IMG/VR virus record: IMGVR_UViG_3300024308_000009
Span: 1 to 57,043 of that record
Direction: 5' to 3' (one strand)
Length of the DNA: 57,043 bases
DNA from: a virus
Numbering within the stretch: the stretch's first letter is position 1; each line of letters opens with the position of its first letter. The notes beneath the pieces are model-generated. The model saw nothing but the letters and a program-made list of their open reading frames with translations. It had not been told where the DNA came from and did not search any database. The translations under genes were made by a program, and so were the position numbers. Shown piece after piece: positions 1 to 11,300 of this stretch.

Positions 1-127
1 CCGTACCTAATCTCTGCTGACTTTCTTGCGCAGCAAGCGTCAAAAAAGTTTTCGTACCTACCAAGGCTTATTCTTTTTTTATCTAAACTAATCCTAACTC
101 TCCATAATCCGCTTTTACTTTCAAAGC
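1..127. repeat. Terminal overlap copy 1, identical to 56917-57043
   Basis: The first 127 nt (ccgtacctaatctctgctg...ctttcaaagc) recur verbatim as the last 127 nt of the window. Confidence 0.97.
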
Positions 128-770
128 ATATATCAGGTACTCCGCTAGAGTTATTGTTTTGTAGCTTACAGTTCTTTGAGTTATTGATCTGATTGGATCT
201 ATTAAGATTTATCCAAGAATTATTAAGTCCATTTCCATCATCATGATCAACCTGTTCAGGCGGATCTTCTCCCATCCAGATAAATGCAAGTCTATGTGCC
301 TTTAATTGACAACCTCTAATTGTAATATTTAGGTAGCTTTTACCTGATTCGTTTTTTGCAACATGCCCAGCAATAGATCCTTTAACTCTTGATCCGCCTC
401 CTCGCTTCCATGTGAAATCTCCTGTTTCTTGATTGTAATCAAGCAACCGCCTAGCCTCTTGAGTGGTGATATCGTTAGCGGAAACCTTATTTATCTCGAC
501 AAAGTTACACAGTTTTAAATTTTTGTAATCACCATCTATTGGTTCTAGTTTGTTTGGGTACCGCCCGTAAACGTAAAGAAACGCTAATTTATGAGCCCAA
601 AAGCCTTTTCCAAGAATAGAGATGTAAAACCTTTCGCTTCTATTTTCCTGCCTGTGTAATCTGCAAGGGTTTTCGCCAGCTTTTCTAAGGTGACCGTCAT
701 TGATTAATAGAAAAATTCCAGTGTCTTTATCATAGGTGACAACAGATTTAAGCTCTGATTGGGTAATCAT
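1..770 (-). CDS. HNH (HNH_3-type) homing endonuclease with C-terminal AP2-like DNA-binding domain; 5' 256 codons, runs off the left edge
   Basis: Own translation from ATG at 770-768 with RBS GAGG (rc of 773-776). Motif AHRLAFIWMGEDPPEQVDHDDGNGLNNSWINL, then GVPDICFESKSGLWRVRISLDKKRISLGRYENFFDA. No stop before nt 1. Not in the ORF track. Confidence 0.8.
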   Translation of the reverse strand, partial: MITQSELKSVVTYDKDTGIFLLINDGHLRKAGENPCRLHRQENRSERFYISILGKGFWAHKLAFLYVYGRYPNKLEPIDGDYKNLKLCNFVEINKVSANDITTQEARRLLDYNQETGDFTWKRGGGSRVKGSIAGHVAKNESGKSYLNITIRGCQLKAHRLAFIWMGEDPPEQVDHDDGNGLNNSWINLNRSNQINNSKNCKLQNNNSSGVPDICFESKSGLWRVRISLDKKRISLGRYENFFDACCARKSAEIRY

Positions 771-901
771 ACACACCTCGAATGTGCTTCTCGTAAAGAA
801 TGGATGCGCCAGCTTGTTACGAGGCCAAGTTTTCGGGAGCTACCCTAGGCGCTCTAATAGTGTAAAATATAATCTTAACTTGTCAATTATAAGGTGGACT
901 C

Positions 902-2296
902 ATGGCTTCAGGTTTAGGTGGATTGGCCGAAGGGCTTATTGCAGGTTCTCAAATAGGGCTTGCATTACGCAAGCAAGAGCAGTCTGAGCAAGAGCAATCT
1001 GAGCTTTCTAAACTTAGAGAGCAGCAGGCAAAGATTCAAATGTCAGCAGAAGAGCGGGCGCAGGCTCAAGAAAAAAGGGCTCAAGAGTCACACGCAAAAG
1101 ATTTGAGCCTTACAGACTTAACAGCTAGCCTTGAAAAGTCTCGCGAGCAAAGAGCAATTAAGGGCGAAGAACGCGCAGCTAGAAGTGAAGATCGCCAGTT
1201 AAAACTTGCAGAAAAGCAGCTTGCCCAATTTGATTGGCAAGTAGCACAAGCCAAGCGTGCCGAGCGCGATCAAAATGTCGCGGCCATGGCACCGATAGAA
1301 TACCAACGGGTGGCAACTGGCGGTCAATTTTCTCCAGAGTTTATGGAGGCCGCAAAAGGAACACGATTTGATCCTGTGTTCATGGCTAAGCAGGAATACA
1401 AAGACTCTGCCAAAAAGGCATATGAGTACACCGATGAGCTGGTGAACAAAATGCAAAGCGGAGAAATAACGCTAAAAGACGTTAACGATCCTGAATATCT
1501 AACTGCGCTTGATACACTTATGAAGCCGGATATTGAGCAAGGTATAGGTGAGAAGGATCCTGTTACTGGTAAAACTGTTGCAGCAAAATCACTTAAATTC
1601 ATAATGCCATATGAAAACAAAGGTGTTGTATTCGAAGTTGAAACAACACTAAGCGATGGCACTAAGTACATTGCTCCAGTAACAGAAGGTCGAAGCATGG
1701 ACCCTAACGATCCTGTTAAAGTTGTCCCAATTGATAAGTTCATTAATCACATTGAAGGTTACACGCGAATGGCAAGCGCGTTTAATCAGCCAGATTTGAT
1801 GAATGCTGTTAATCAATACACTGGCCGACCTGGTTCTGAAATATCAAGCCAAGAAGTAACACGACGCCAATACCTGCGCGAAGTAGGAGACATTGACAAG
1901 TGGGAGCTTGAACAAACCAATAAGATTGATCCTGAAGGATTCATGGATCCTGAATCTAAACAGAAAAAAATTGATGATATCAAGTCTCAGGCCAACAAAC
2001 TTAGACAGAAAACAGATCAACGATACGGAATACAAGGACAGCAGAGCGTTGGCAAAGGAGACGCAGCCGTACCTGTGCCTGTTGGTAATGGTGAGTCTAG
2101 GATTGATGCGTCAGCTTGGGCCGCTCAAGATGCAAACAAGAAAGCATTTATTCAAGAGGGAATAGATTACGCTTCAGAGGCAGGGATAGAAAATCCGTTT
2201 AACGCCTACTCTCCTGACCAGTTAGAAAAGATGTATAAGGAATGGTCAAATCAGCGCGATGCCGAAAATGTAGCATCTTCCCTAAGGTCTAAATAA
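902..2296 (+). CDS. Hypothetical protein, putative internal virion/ejection protein
   Basis: 464-aa ORF with RBS AAGGTGG at 890-896. Gly-zipper N-terminus (GLGGLAEGLIAGSQIGLA) and E/Q/K-rich coiled coil. Lies in the virion operon just upstream of the giant protein. Confidence 0.55.
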   Translation: MASGLGGLAEGLIAGSQIGLALRKQEQSEQEQSELSKLREQQAKIQMSAEERAQAQEKRAQESHAKDLSLTDLTASLEKSREQRAIKGEERAARSEDRQLKLAEKQLAQFDWQVAQAKRAERDQNVAAMAPIEYQRVATGGQFSPEFMEAAKGTRFDPVFMAKQEYKDSAKKAYEYTDELVNKMQSGEITLKDVNDPEYLTALDTLMKPDIEQGIGEKDPVTGKTVAAKSLKFIMPYENKGVVFEVETTLSDGTKYIAPVTEGRSMDPNDPVKVVPIDKFINHIEGYTRMASAFNQPDLMNAVNQYTGRPGSEISSQEVTRRQYLREVGDIDKWELEQTNKIDPEGFMDPESKQKKIDDIKSQANKLRQKTDQRYGIQGQQSVGKGDAAVPVPVGNGESRIDASAWAAQDANKKAFIQEGIDYASEAGIENPFNAYSPDQLEKMYKEWSNQRDAENVASSLRSK

Positions 2297-2307
2297 CGTG
2301 ATAACAA

Positions 2308-2334
2308 AGCCTCTATTCAGGGGCTTTTTATTTA
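2308..2334 (+). terminator. Rho-independent terminator-like hairpin
   Basis: agcctc-tattca-ggggct (one G-T pair) followed by ttttattt. Confidence 0.55.
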
Positions 2335-2390
2335 GATATTTGTCTAGTCAATGTATCATTGATAAATCCACATAACAGAGGCGTTAACTC

Positions 2391-5300
2391 ATGGCCGGGA
2401 AAATTTTCTGGGAAAATCAATTCAATCAAATGCGTGAAGGCAAAGAGCCTGCTTTAACAATTGATCAAGAGCAAGAGCGAGAAAAACCACAAATACAACT
2501 AGAAGATGTTAACGCGCCTGTTAAACAAGATTTATCGCTACAAGCAGCAGATCAAGGAGTTGGCGTAACCGATGTTGCGAAGGCTGCCGCCTCTGGTGGC
2601 GTGGGCTGGGCAGAGTCAACTGCCGAGATACTAACAGAGCCTCAGTTTAGAAAAACAGTGTCAACAACTGTACCAGGCATGATCCTTTCTTTATCTGATT
2701 ACGTGCCACTTATCAAAGATAAAATTACAGAAGCTCGCAGAGGCGGGCAAGAAGCTTTAGGCCAAGCAAAAAAATCTATTCGCGAGTCAATGAGTGAGCC
2801 AGCTAAAAAAGCAATTGAAGCTGAGCTAATAAATGACAACCTAGAATTTACAGATGATGCAGCCAAGCTTTCTACATGGATTATGAAAGGCACCGAGACC
2901 ATATCCAGAATGGTTCCAGACTTGGTTGCCGGAGGGCTAGTAGGCAAAGGTCTATATAATGCTGCCTATGAAACAGCTTACAAGGCTGGCATAGCCAAGG
3001 GCCTAACAGAGCAGGGCGCGAAGGTCTCAGCTAACAAAATTGCAAGCGCTGCGGCTTCCGTTCCCACTGCATTTATGGCAACTACATCGGCAACTGGTGG
3101 CGCAGGTGTTCAAGCTCGAGAGGCTATTGAGTCTTTGCCATGGTCTGATCTTCAAAAGTCAGAGATATTCGTTAATAACTTCAAATCTATTGACGCAGAT
3201 CCAGCAAATGAATCCATGAGTGATCAGCAAAAACTAAGCTTAGCGAGAACGCTTACAGCAGAACACGCATCATCTAAGATTATGCAAGATCCTGCGTTGC
3301 TTACTGTTAATGCCCTGGCCTCATTTATTGGCGACGCTACTCTTGGGCGCATGATCGCCGGCAAGATTGGCGGCGGCATAGTTAATAAGGCTGTTAGAGG
3401 CTTTGCAGCAGAGGCACCAACAGAAGCGGCCCAAAGTGCGGCGGAGCAATACGCACAAAACTTAATTCTTATCGATGTAGCCGGACAAGATGTGGATCCG
3501 ATGAAAGGTGTTAAGCGGGCAGCAGCAGAAGGCGGATTGCTTGGTGGAGCCGTGGGCGGAACAGTAGGCGGCACAGTTGGCGCAGTTGACAAGGTAACAG
3601 GCAGGGAATCACAACCACTCGAGCCGCAATTAGAAGGGCCAGAAATTATACCAGAAGAAGTAGCTACAATAGCGGATGGTGATCTCAAACCGGGTGCGGC
3701 ACCTGAACCGCTTACAGTCGCTGAGCGCCGTGCAGCGCTTAATGAAAAACTTGCAGCACAGCAAGAGCAACTAAGGCGGGAAAGGGTTTTAGCAGGTACT
3801 GGCGAAGTTCAAGAGGCTTTATCAAAGGGACAGACGGCGCCAACACCAATTGAATTAATTGCACAGGCAAAGGAACAGGCCAAAGTCCAAAGAGATGAAT
3901 TCGCAGAAGGTCGGGCCGCCCCGACAGTCGCCGAGCGCCGCGCCAATCTTGAGCGCAGACTTGCACAGCAAAGCGCCGAATATGCAAAACAACAAACTGA
4001 AGCAGGAAAAGGCCCAGTTCAAGCCCGCCTATCTATGCCAACATCGCCAACGGTTGATGAGCTATTAATAAAAGCGTCTACCGAAACAGAACCGTCACCA
4101 TTTGAACTTGAGTACAGAAAGCAGGCCGAGCGGGAATACATTGAAAAAGTTAAGGATGCTGCAATCCCTGCCGGGCTAAAAGGTAAGCCGAATGCCGTTA
4201 AGCTTTTAAATAAAGGTTACCGCAATGCAATTAGCGATTTTGGCGGACTTTCAGAACAGCTATCAAAAACAACCTACCCAGATCCTAAAACAGACACCAT
4301 GGCTGAAGTAATTGGCAAAATGGGAGGAATAGGACGGGCAACTGCCGAATCTGAGGGTTTTGATCCTGCCATGTTCAAAGGCAGCAAAACATTCTCTGCT
4401 AATGGAAAAATGACATTTGACGATGCAGCAGAAAAACTAAACGAGCTTGGTTACCGAAATAGGCAAGGTGATACGTTAGATAGCAATGATGTTGTTGATA
4501 TGCTTTATGGCGAAATCAATAACACTGAAAATCACTATTCTACTCACGTTGATCCTAAGATGCTTACCTCAGATGCTCAGATAGTTAGAACTTGGGCAAA
4601 GGCATTGGGCGGAGCAGACAAGCTAAGCGCAACAATCAAGAAGTCTCTTGCAGGTGAACGCCTAGGAAAGAGACAAGCTGAAGTCATGGAAGATATGCTC
4701 GACTCTATCGCAGCAATGCGATCTGAAGGGGCAGAGCAGGCAAAGCAGACTCTTGACGCAAGACGATCAGAGCGCGAAGCAAAACGAATTGAATCATTTA
4801 ATTCTTTGATGGCAGAGGCCACTGGAAACAAATCTCATATAGCCGACATTGACAGCTATAACCGGATGCTTTCTGAAAAGCCAGAATATTACAGCGAAGA
4901 ACAAGTGATCCTTGATGAGCTTGTGGCTACTGCCGGCGACATAGATTTTAATGCTACCTCAGAAGCCATTGATCTTTACGAAAGCGGCAAAACATCACTA
5001 CCTAACCTATTAACCAAACTTTCAGACATTGCCCACAAAAGAGAGCGTACCTATGCAGAAGCAAAGCCAGCTATTCAAGCAGTTAGTAAGCCAACCACGC
5101 AGTCAATTGAAGGAGTCGTTACAGAGCGGGTTGCAGAGAGCGAAGGATCGCCAGCAGCAGGGCGGGCAGAAGTAACTAATATAGATCAGAGGAAGGATGG
5201 TTCAGCCACCACAGTAAGCGATGCAGGCCTTACGCTATTACATGGGTCACCAAAATCTGTAATAAATATTGATGATGTACAGATTGTTCGTACAGGACAA

Positions 5301-8300
5301 AAACAAGGAAAGAAAGGCCGTCTTTATGGTGGGTTTTATGCCACAAGCGAAGAAGATATAGAACAGGCAAAAGGCTATGCCGGTATGTCAGAAGGAACTC
5401 CTACAATTCATAATGTCAGAATTAAAGCTGGAACAAAGGTTCTTAACAAAATAGGTGATATTACTAGATTATCTGAAAATTATATCAATGAACTTACAAG
5501 CCAAGGATATGGGTTAGTTGTAGGTAAAGATCCTCGCGGACGCACTGAATATGTGGTCATCGATAAAAATGCTATCGATAGCATTTCTTCAATGGATAGC
5601 GTTAAAAATAAAACAGATTTAGCAAAACAACGAGATCGCAGGCACGCTGAACTAGAAGTTAAGCAGGCTGAAGGACTGGTTTTAGAAACTCAACAAAAAA
5701 TTGAGCAGCAAAAGGCCACTGGTGGAAGGACTGATATATTAAATTCCAATTTGCAGAGACAAATTTCAGGTGCTAACCGCATCCGTGCTAAATATGGATT
5801 GGAACCAATTGATGCTAAATCAATAAAACCATCTGAGTCGGCACTAGAACCAGAACAAATGCCTGCAACAAAGGCAGAGCCAAAGCCAGAGGGAAAAGCA
5901 GAGGCCCAAGAGGTTACACCAGTAGAGGCGGAGCCAGTTATTGTAACTGCAGAAGCAAAGCCTGAAGCAATTAAGGTGGAACCCGCAACAAAAGCAGAAC
6001 CAATTGAATTTAAAGACAAGCCATATTCAGATTGGGAATCAATAAGCAAAAAAGCCCTAGAAGGTGATTTGCCTCCTGAGGCTTATGCAGAAGGCGCAGA
6101 GCAATTACTTGCTGATAAAGAAAGGATTTTATCAGAAATATCAAAGGCATACACAAAGCCAAAGCTTTTAGAAAAATTAGGGCCCATGGCAGCGGCAAGA
6201 GCTAAGTCAGAAAATAAAAACGTTGCAGTTAGGTATTATTTTGAACAGCTTATCTCGCGCTTCAACATTGCTGATTCAATAACCTATGGCATTGAAAAAG
6301 ATTCTTACGAAAAAGCCATTATCAAATCTGCCAAAAAGATAACGCCTGAATCACTTGCGGCGTACAAAGAGGACTTGGCAAAAAGACGCAGTGAGTACAA
6401 AGCAAAGTTTGAAGGAATGGTTAAGGCTGTAAAGGATCCTCAAACACTAGAAGAGTTTCAGCAATTCGTAAGCCTGAAAGGTGAAGACAAGCTTACTACC
6501 GAGCAAAAAGTAAGGTATGAGGCGCTATTGACTGAGGCGGGACTAGCCAAGCGAGCAGAAGTCAAAATGTCTAAGGCCATTAAAAAAGGACTTTGGGCAG
6601 ACGTTGAGGTAACAGAGGTGTCACCTGGGACCCACGGAAAAACTGGCGAGCCTATTGTTAACGTCAAGCTTGGCAGGCTCGGAACCGACCAATTTAAATC
6701 GGCTGCTGCGCAAGCTAGAGGCATGGGCGGCGGTTATTGGCGCGGTAACTTTTACCTTCCTGATCAACAATCGGCCGATGAGTTTATATCTTGGATAAAA
6801 GGCGAGGATATTGACAGGACTGAACAGGTAACCAAGGAAGAAGCATTAAAGCAAAAGGTTAAAGTCGCTAAGCTTAAGTCTATGGCTGAAAAGCTGGAGC
6901 AAAAAGCGAATGAGGATCTTTCTGTTACTCTCCGAGAAAACACCGCTCGCCAAATGAGAATGGCTGACTCTTCAAGAGTAAAGGCTGAATCAGATGCAAC
7001 ATTTGCCAAAATGCTAAGAGCCATAGCAACAGGGATCGAGTCTGGCGACGTTAAATACCTTGCAGAGATAAACAGCAAGGCGCAGTTAGAAACGCTTGAT
7101 AAGAAAATGAGTGGATTAAAATACAATGTCCCACAATCTGAAGTAGACAATTTAATGGATCGAGATAGAGATTCAAGATTGTCATGGAAGCCTAGCGTTA
7201 GCATTGAGGACCGGGTTCAGTACGCAAAATTCCCTATGATTGATAGCCATTACTCAGCCGTCGAAAGATGGGCTAGCGAAATGGACCAAATGAGCGGATA
7301 TAAACAAGCTGCTGCAGCATTAAGAAAGACCATTGAAGGCATTGGACAAAGAGACTATGCCAAGTTAGATCCAACAAAGCCGTATTTTGGCAAGTTGCTG
7401 GACTTCCTTAAAGAGCAACCAAACTACTATAACGGCACAGAGTACGCCGCGGAATACTCGCGCCTAACAAGAATGGGCATAGATACACCGGCAGCGCTTA
7501 GAACAGCGTTAATTGAATTGCATAACGTTAAAGCCTCGATAGATGCGCCAACTCAACGAAGCACAGTTGAAACCATGGATAGGGATCTCAAGCGCAAAAT
7601 GCGACTTAACAGAAATGCTTTCAATGATTTCTTCCCAACACCAAAGACAATATCAAGCGATGTTGTTGTTCTAGCTGATATCAAAGAAGGCATGAAGGTT
7701 TTAGAACCGTCAGCTGGGAATGGGGAGCTTGCCGACGCCATGAGTGTTTATGGTGCATACATTGATGTTGTTGAAATGGCTGGAGACCTAAGGGCTATCC
7801 TTGAGGAAAAAGGTTACAACATAGTCGGCAACGACTTCACAGAATTTAAATCTGGACCTGTTTACGACAGGATAGTAATGAACCCGCCTTTTTCAAATGA
7901 CCAGGATATAGATCACGTATACCACGCTTACGATATGCTAAAGCCTGGCGGAAGACTTGTTGCCATTGTTAGCAGCATGGCCGGGGACCGCTCAAACAAT
8001 AAAAATAAAGCGTTTAAAGAGTGGGTTTCCTCACTTGATGGGCAAGAAGAGTTATTGCCTGAAAATGCATTCCTTGAATCACTAAACCCAACCGCGGTAA
8101 GAACCAAGACCATAGTTATTGATAAGCCTGAAGAAGTTAAATTTAGTCAAGCAAAGGACGCCAGACAGCTATCTAAAAATATAAAGGATAAGTTTGAAGG
8201 GTTAAAATTATCGATGAGTGAAAAAGGTGACGTGGTAACAGTAGACAACATCACAGTACCAGAGCAGCGCCGAGAGTTAGGCACTGGCAGCAAGATAATG

Positions 8301-11300
8301 AACATAATCACTAGCTGGGCGGATGCCGCTGGAAAAACTCTTGCACTAACCCCAACGTCAGATTTTGGCGGAAGCAAAAGCAGGCTTGTTGAATTTTACA
8401 AGCGATTTGGCTTTGTAGAAAACAAGGGTAAGAACAAGAATTTTGAAGTTAGCGAGTCAATGATCAGGGAGCCAAAAGAAAGCGTTAAATTTAGCAACGA
8501 TTCAATAGTTACCGGCACACCAAAAGGAATGCCAGCAAAGCAAGTTGATGTTATCGCAAAATCATTCATCAAAGAGTACAAAGGAGCCGCTGGCATTAAG
8601 TCTGTGGTGTTCAAAACGCAGAAAGATGCAATGGACTATGCAGGCATTCAAGATGATGAAAGTGTCTTAAGGAACGCCTTCTATAACCCTAGAACGAATG
8701 AAGTTGTTTTGATTGCAGATAATATAAACGGCGCCGCCGATGCTCGCAAAATATTGCGCCATGAAATACTTACTCACCATGGATTAATGCGTGTAGTTGG
8801 TCAAGAGGAATGGCAGAACATTGTTAACCTTGTATCAGCAAGCAGAGAAGCCAAAAGCCTAAAAGATATATGGGCTGACATTGATAGCCGGTATGAAGGC
8901 TTTGATGAAAATACCAAAGCTGAAGAGGTTATCGCGAAAATTTCAGAGATTGAGCCTAGCAAGCTTGGAGAGTGGGGCAATAGAATCATTGCCGCGATAA
9001 CTCGGGCATTAAGAAAGGCTGGCCTTATCGGAGACAAGATCACAGCCACTGAAATTAAGGATATGATCCGCATCATCGGCGAGCGCATTAGGACCGTTAG
9101 CGCTGGCCGGGCAGAAATAAAAAACGACATAAAATTTAGCCAAGGGCAACTTACTGCTAAAGATGGTTTTAGTATTCCTGACGAAACCAGAAAGGATGCA
9201 TTCCTAAGGTCTATACAGGATAAGTACCAGCGCCTTAAGGTCATTCAGAAAGCCGTTAAGGAGCAGGGCGGCATGATTGACGAAAGCAAAGACGTTTACC
9301 TTGCTGAAGAGTTATTCCATGGCAAGGTCGGCGAGGATTTGCGAGTAATGGAGGATCAATATATCAAGCCGCTTGTCGAGTACATGGGCAAGGAAAACGT
9401 TTCACGCGAAGAACTTGATCTGTACTTAATAGCCCGCCACGCGCCAGAGCGAAACGCTCAAATTGCCAAGATTAACCCTGATATTCAGGACGGTGGATCA
9501 GGAATGACTGACGCAGAGGCGGCAAAGGTTATGGATAACTTCACCAGAGAAGGGACTATTGCCAAGATGCAAGCTGCCGCGGCATTTGTTGACGGGATCA
9601 TTAACTCAACAAAACAAAGGCTGATTGATTCAGGCTTAGAGTCGCAAGATGTTGTTGATTCTTGGGATGCAACTTATAAGCATTATGTTCCGCTTAAAGG
9701 CTTTGCTGTAGACGAGTCTGACACTGATGGCAATAGGGTTAAGGCTACTGGCAAAGGCTTCAGCATTCACGGCAATGAAACGATGAGGGCTATGGGCAGA
9801 CGCACAGTATCAGAGTCGCCGCTTGCCTATGTCATTTCTGATGCAACTCAATCTGCTATCCGGGCGCGTAAAAATGAAGTTGCCCAGACAATGCTTAAAC
9901 TCGTTGACGCAAACCCAGATCCTGAGCTTTGGCAAGTATTCAGCAGCGAAAACCCTGACGTTACCCGCAAGATAACTAAGCGCAAGGATCCAGTTACCGG
10001 TAAGACTGTCGAAACAGTTGTTGAAACTGCGATGCCTATGCACGCGATGAAAGACAAATACTTAGGCGCTAAAATTAACGGCGAGCAGTATTACATTAAG
10101 TTGCACGATCCTAGGCTGATGGAGGCAATGGCAAACCTTGGCGTTGAACAGGCAAACATATTAACCAAGACTGTTGGCCGGGTAACTCGAGTTCTGTCGG
10201 CGCTAATCACCAGTTATAACCCTGAATTTGCTTTATCTAACTTTGCTCGCGACGTACAAACAGCAGTTTATAACGTGCTGGCTGAAGCAAAGATAGAAGG
10301 CGGCAAGGCTTTGGGCACTAAAGATCTTGCTAAAAAAATGGTCAAAGACTTGCCAAACTCAATGAAGGCGCTAAAGCGTGGATTTAGGGATAATGACTTT
10401 ACCGGGGAATGGGGTGTATTCCTAAAAGAGTATCTGGATTCTGGCGCTAAGACTGGATGGTTTGTGCAAAAAGATATCGATGATATTAAGAACGATATAA
10501 CCAGATCAATTAGCACCACTGGAGAAGGGGCGGTAAACAAACTTATCCGCAGCAAGGATAAGTTAATCAAGTTTATCGACGACTATAACGATGTAGTTGA
10601 AAACGCTTCACGCCTGTCTGTTTATGTTAATGCCAGACGACAAGGGCTAACTGAAAAGGCCGCGGCATCGCTTGCCAAAAACCTAACAGTAAACTTTAAC
10701 CGTCGCGGAGAAATGACTAACAGCATTAACGCGCTTTACATGTTCTTCAATGCCAGCGTTCAAGGCACTGCAAACATGCTGCGTGCGGTTATGACTCCTG
10801 CTGACAAAACCAAGAAGATTTGGGACCCTGAGTTCTATAACATGACTCAAAAATTAGCGATGGCATTGCCAATAGCTACAATTCTCATGGCGCAGGCAAA
10901 TAGGGAATGGGGCGGCGATGATGACGACGGAAAATCATTCTATGACAAAGTTCCTAACTACGTGAAGGAAACAAACTTTGTATTGATGATCCCAGGTAGT
11001 GAAGGCGACTTCATTAAAATCCCTATGCCTTATGGTTACAACTTCTTTGCGTCGATAGGCCATGCAATTGATCGAGGAATGAATACAGAATCAACAGCAG
11101 TCGAATCTGCCTTTGATGCGGTAGCGGCATTTGCTGGTGCGTTCTCGCCGCTTGGCGCCGTGGGCTCTGAAGAAATGACCTCGCAAGTAGTTAAGACGGC
11201 GGCGCCAGCAATATTAAAGCCGTTTGTCGAAATGGCACTTAACGAGAACTTCACCGGGGCACCAATTTACAAGGAGCAAAACCCGTTCGGTTTAAAAACT

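Noticed and set aside
736-987. 83-aa + strand ORF bridging the HNH start and the 464-aa gene
   Set aside because: It has a GTG start inside the HNH gene on the opposite strand, no RBS, and it overlaps the well-supported start at 902. The sequence is low-complexity.
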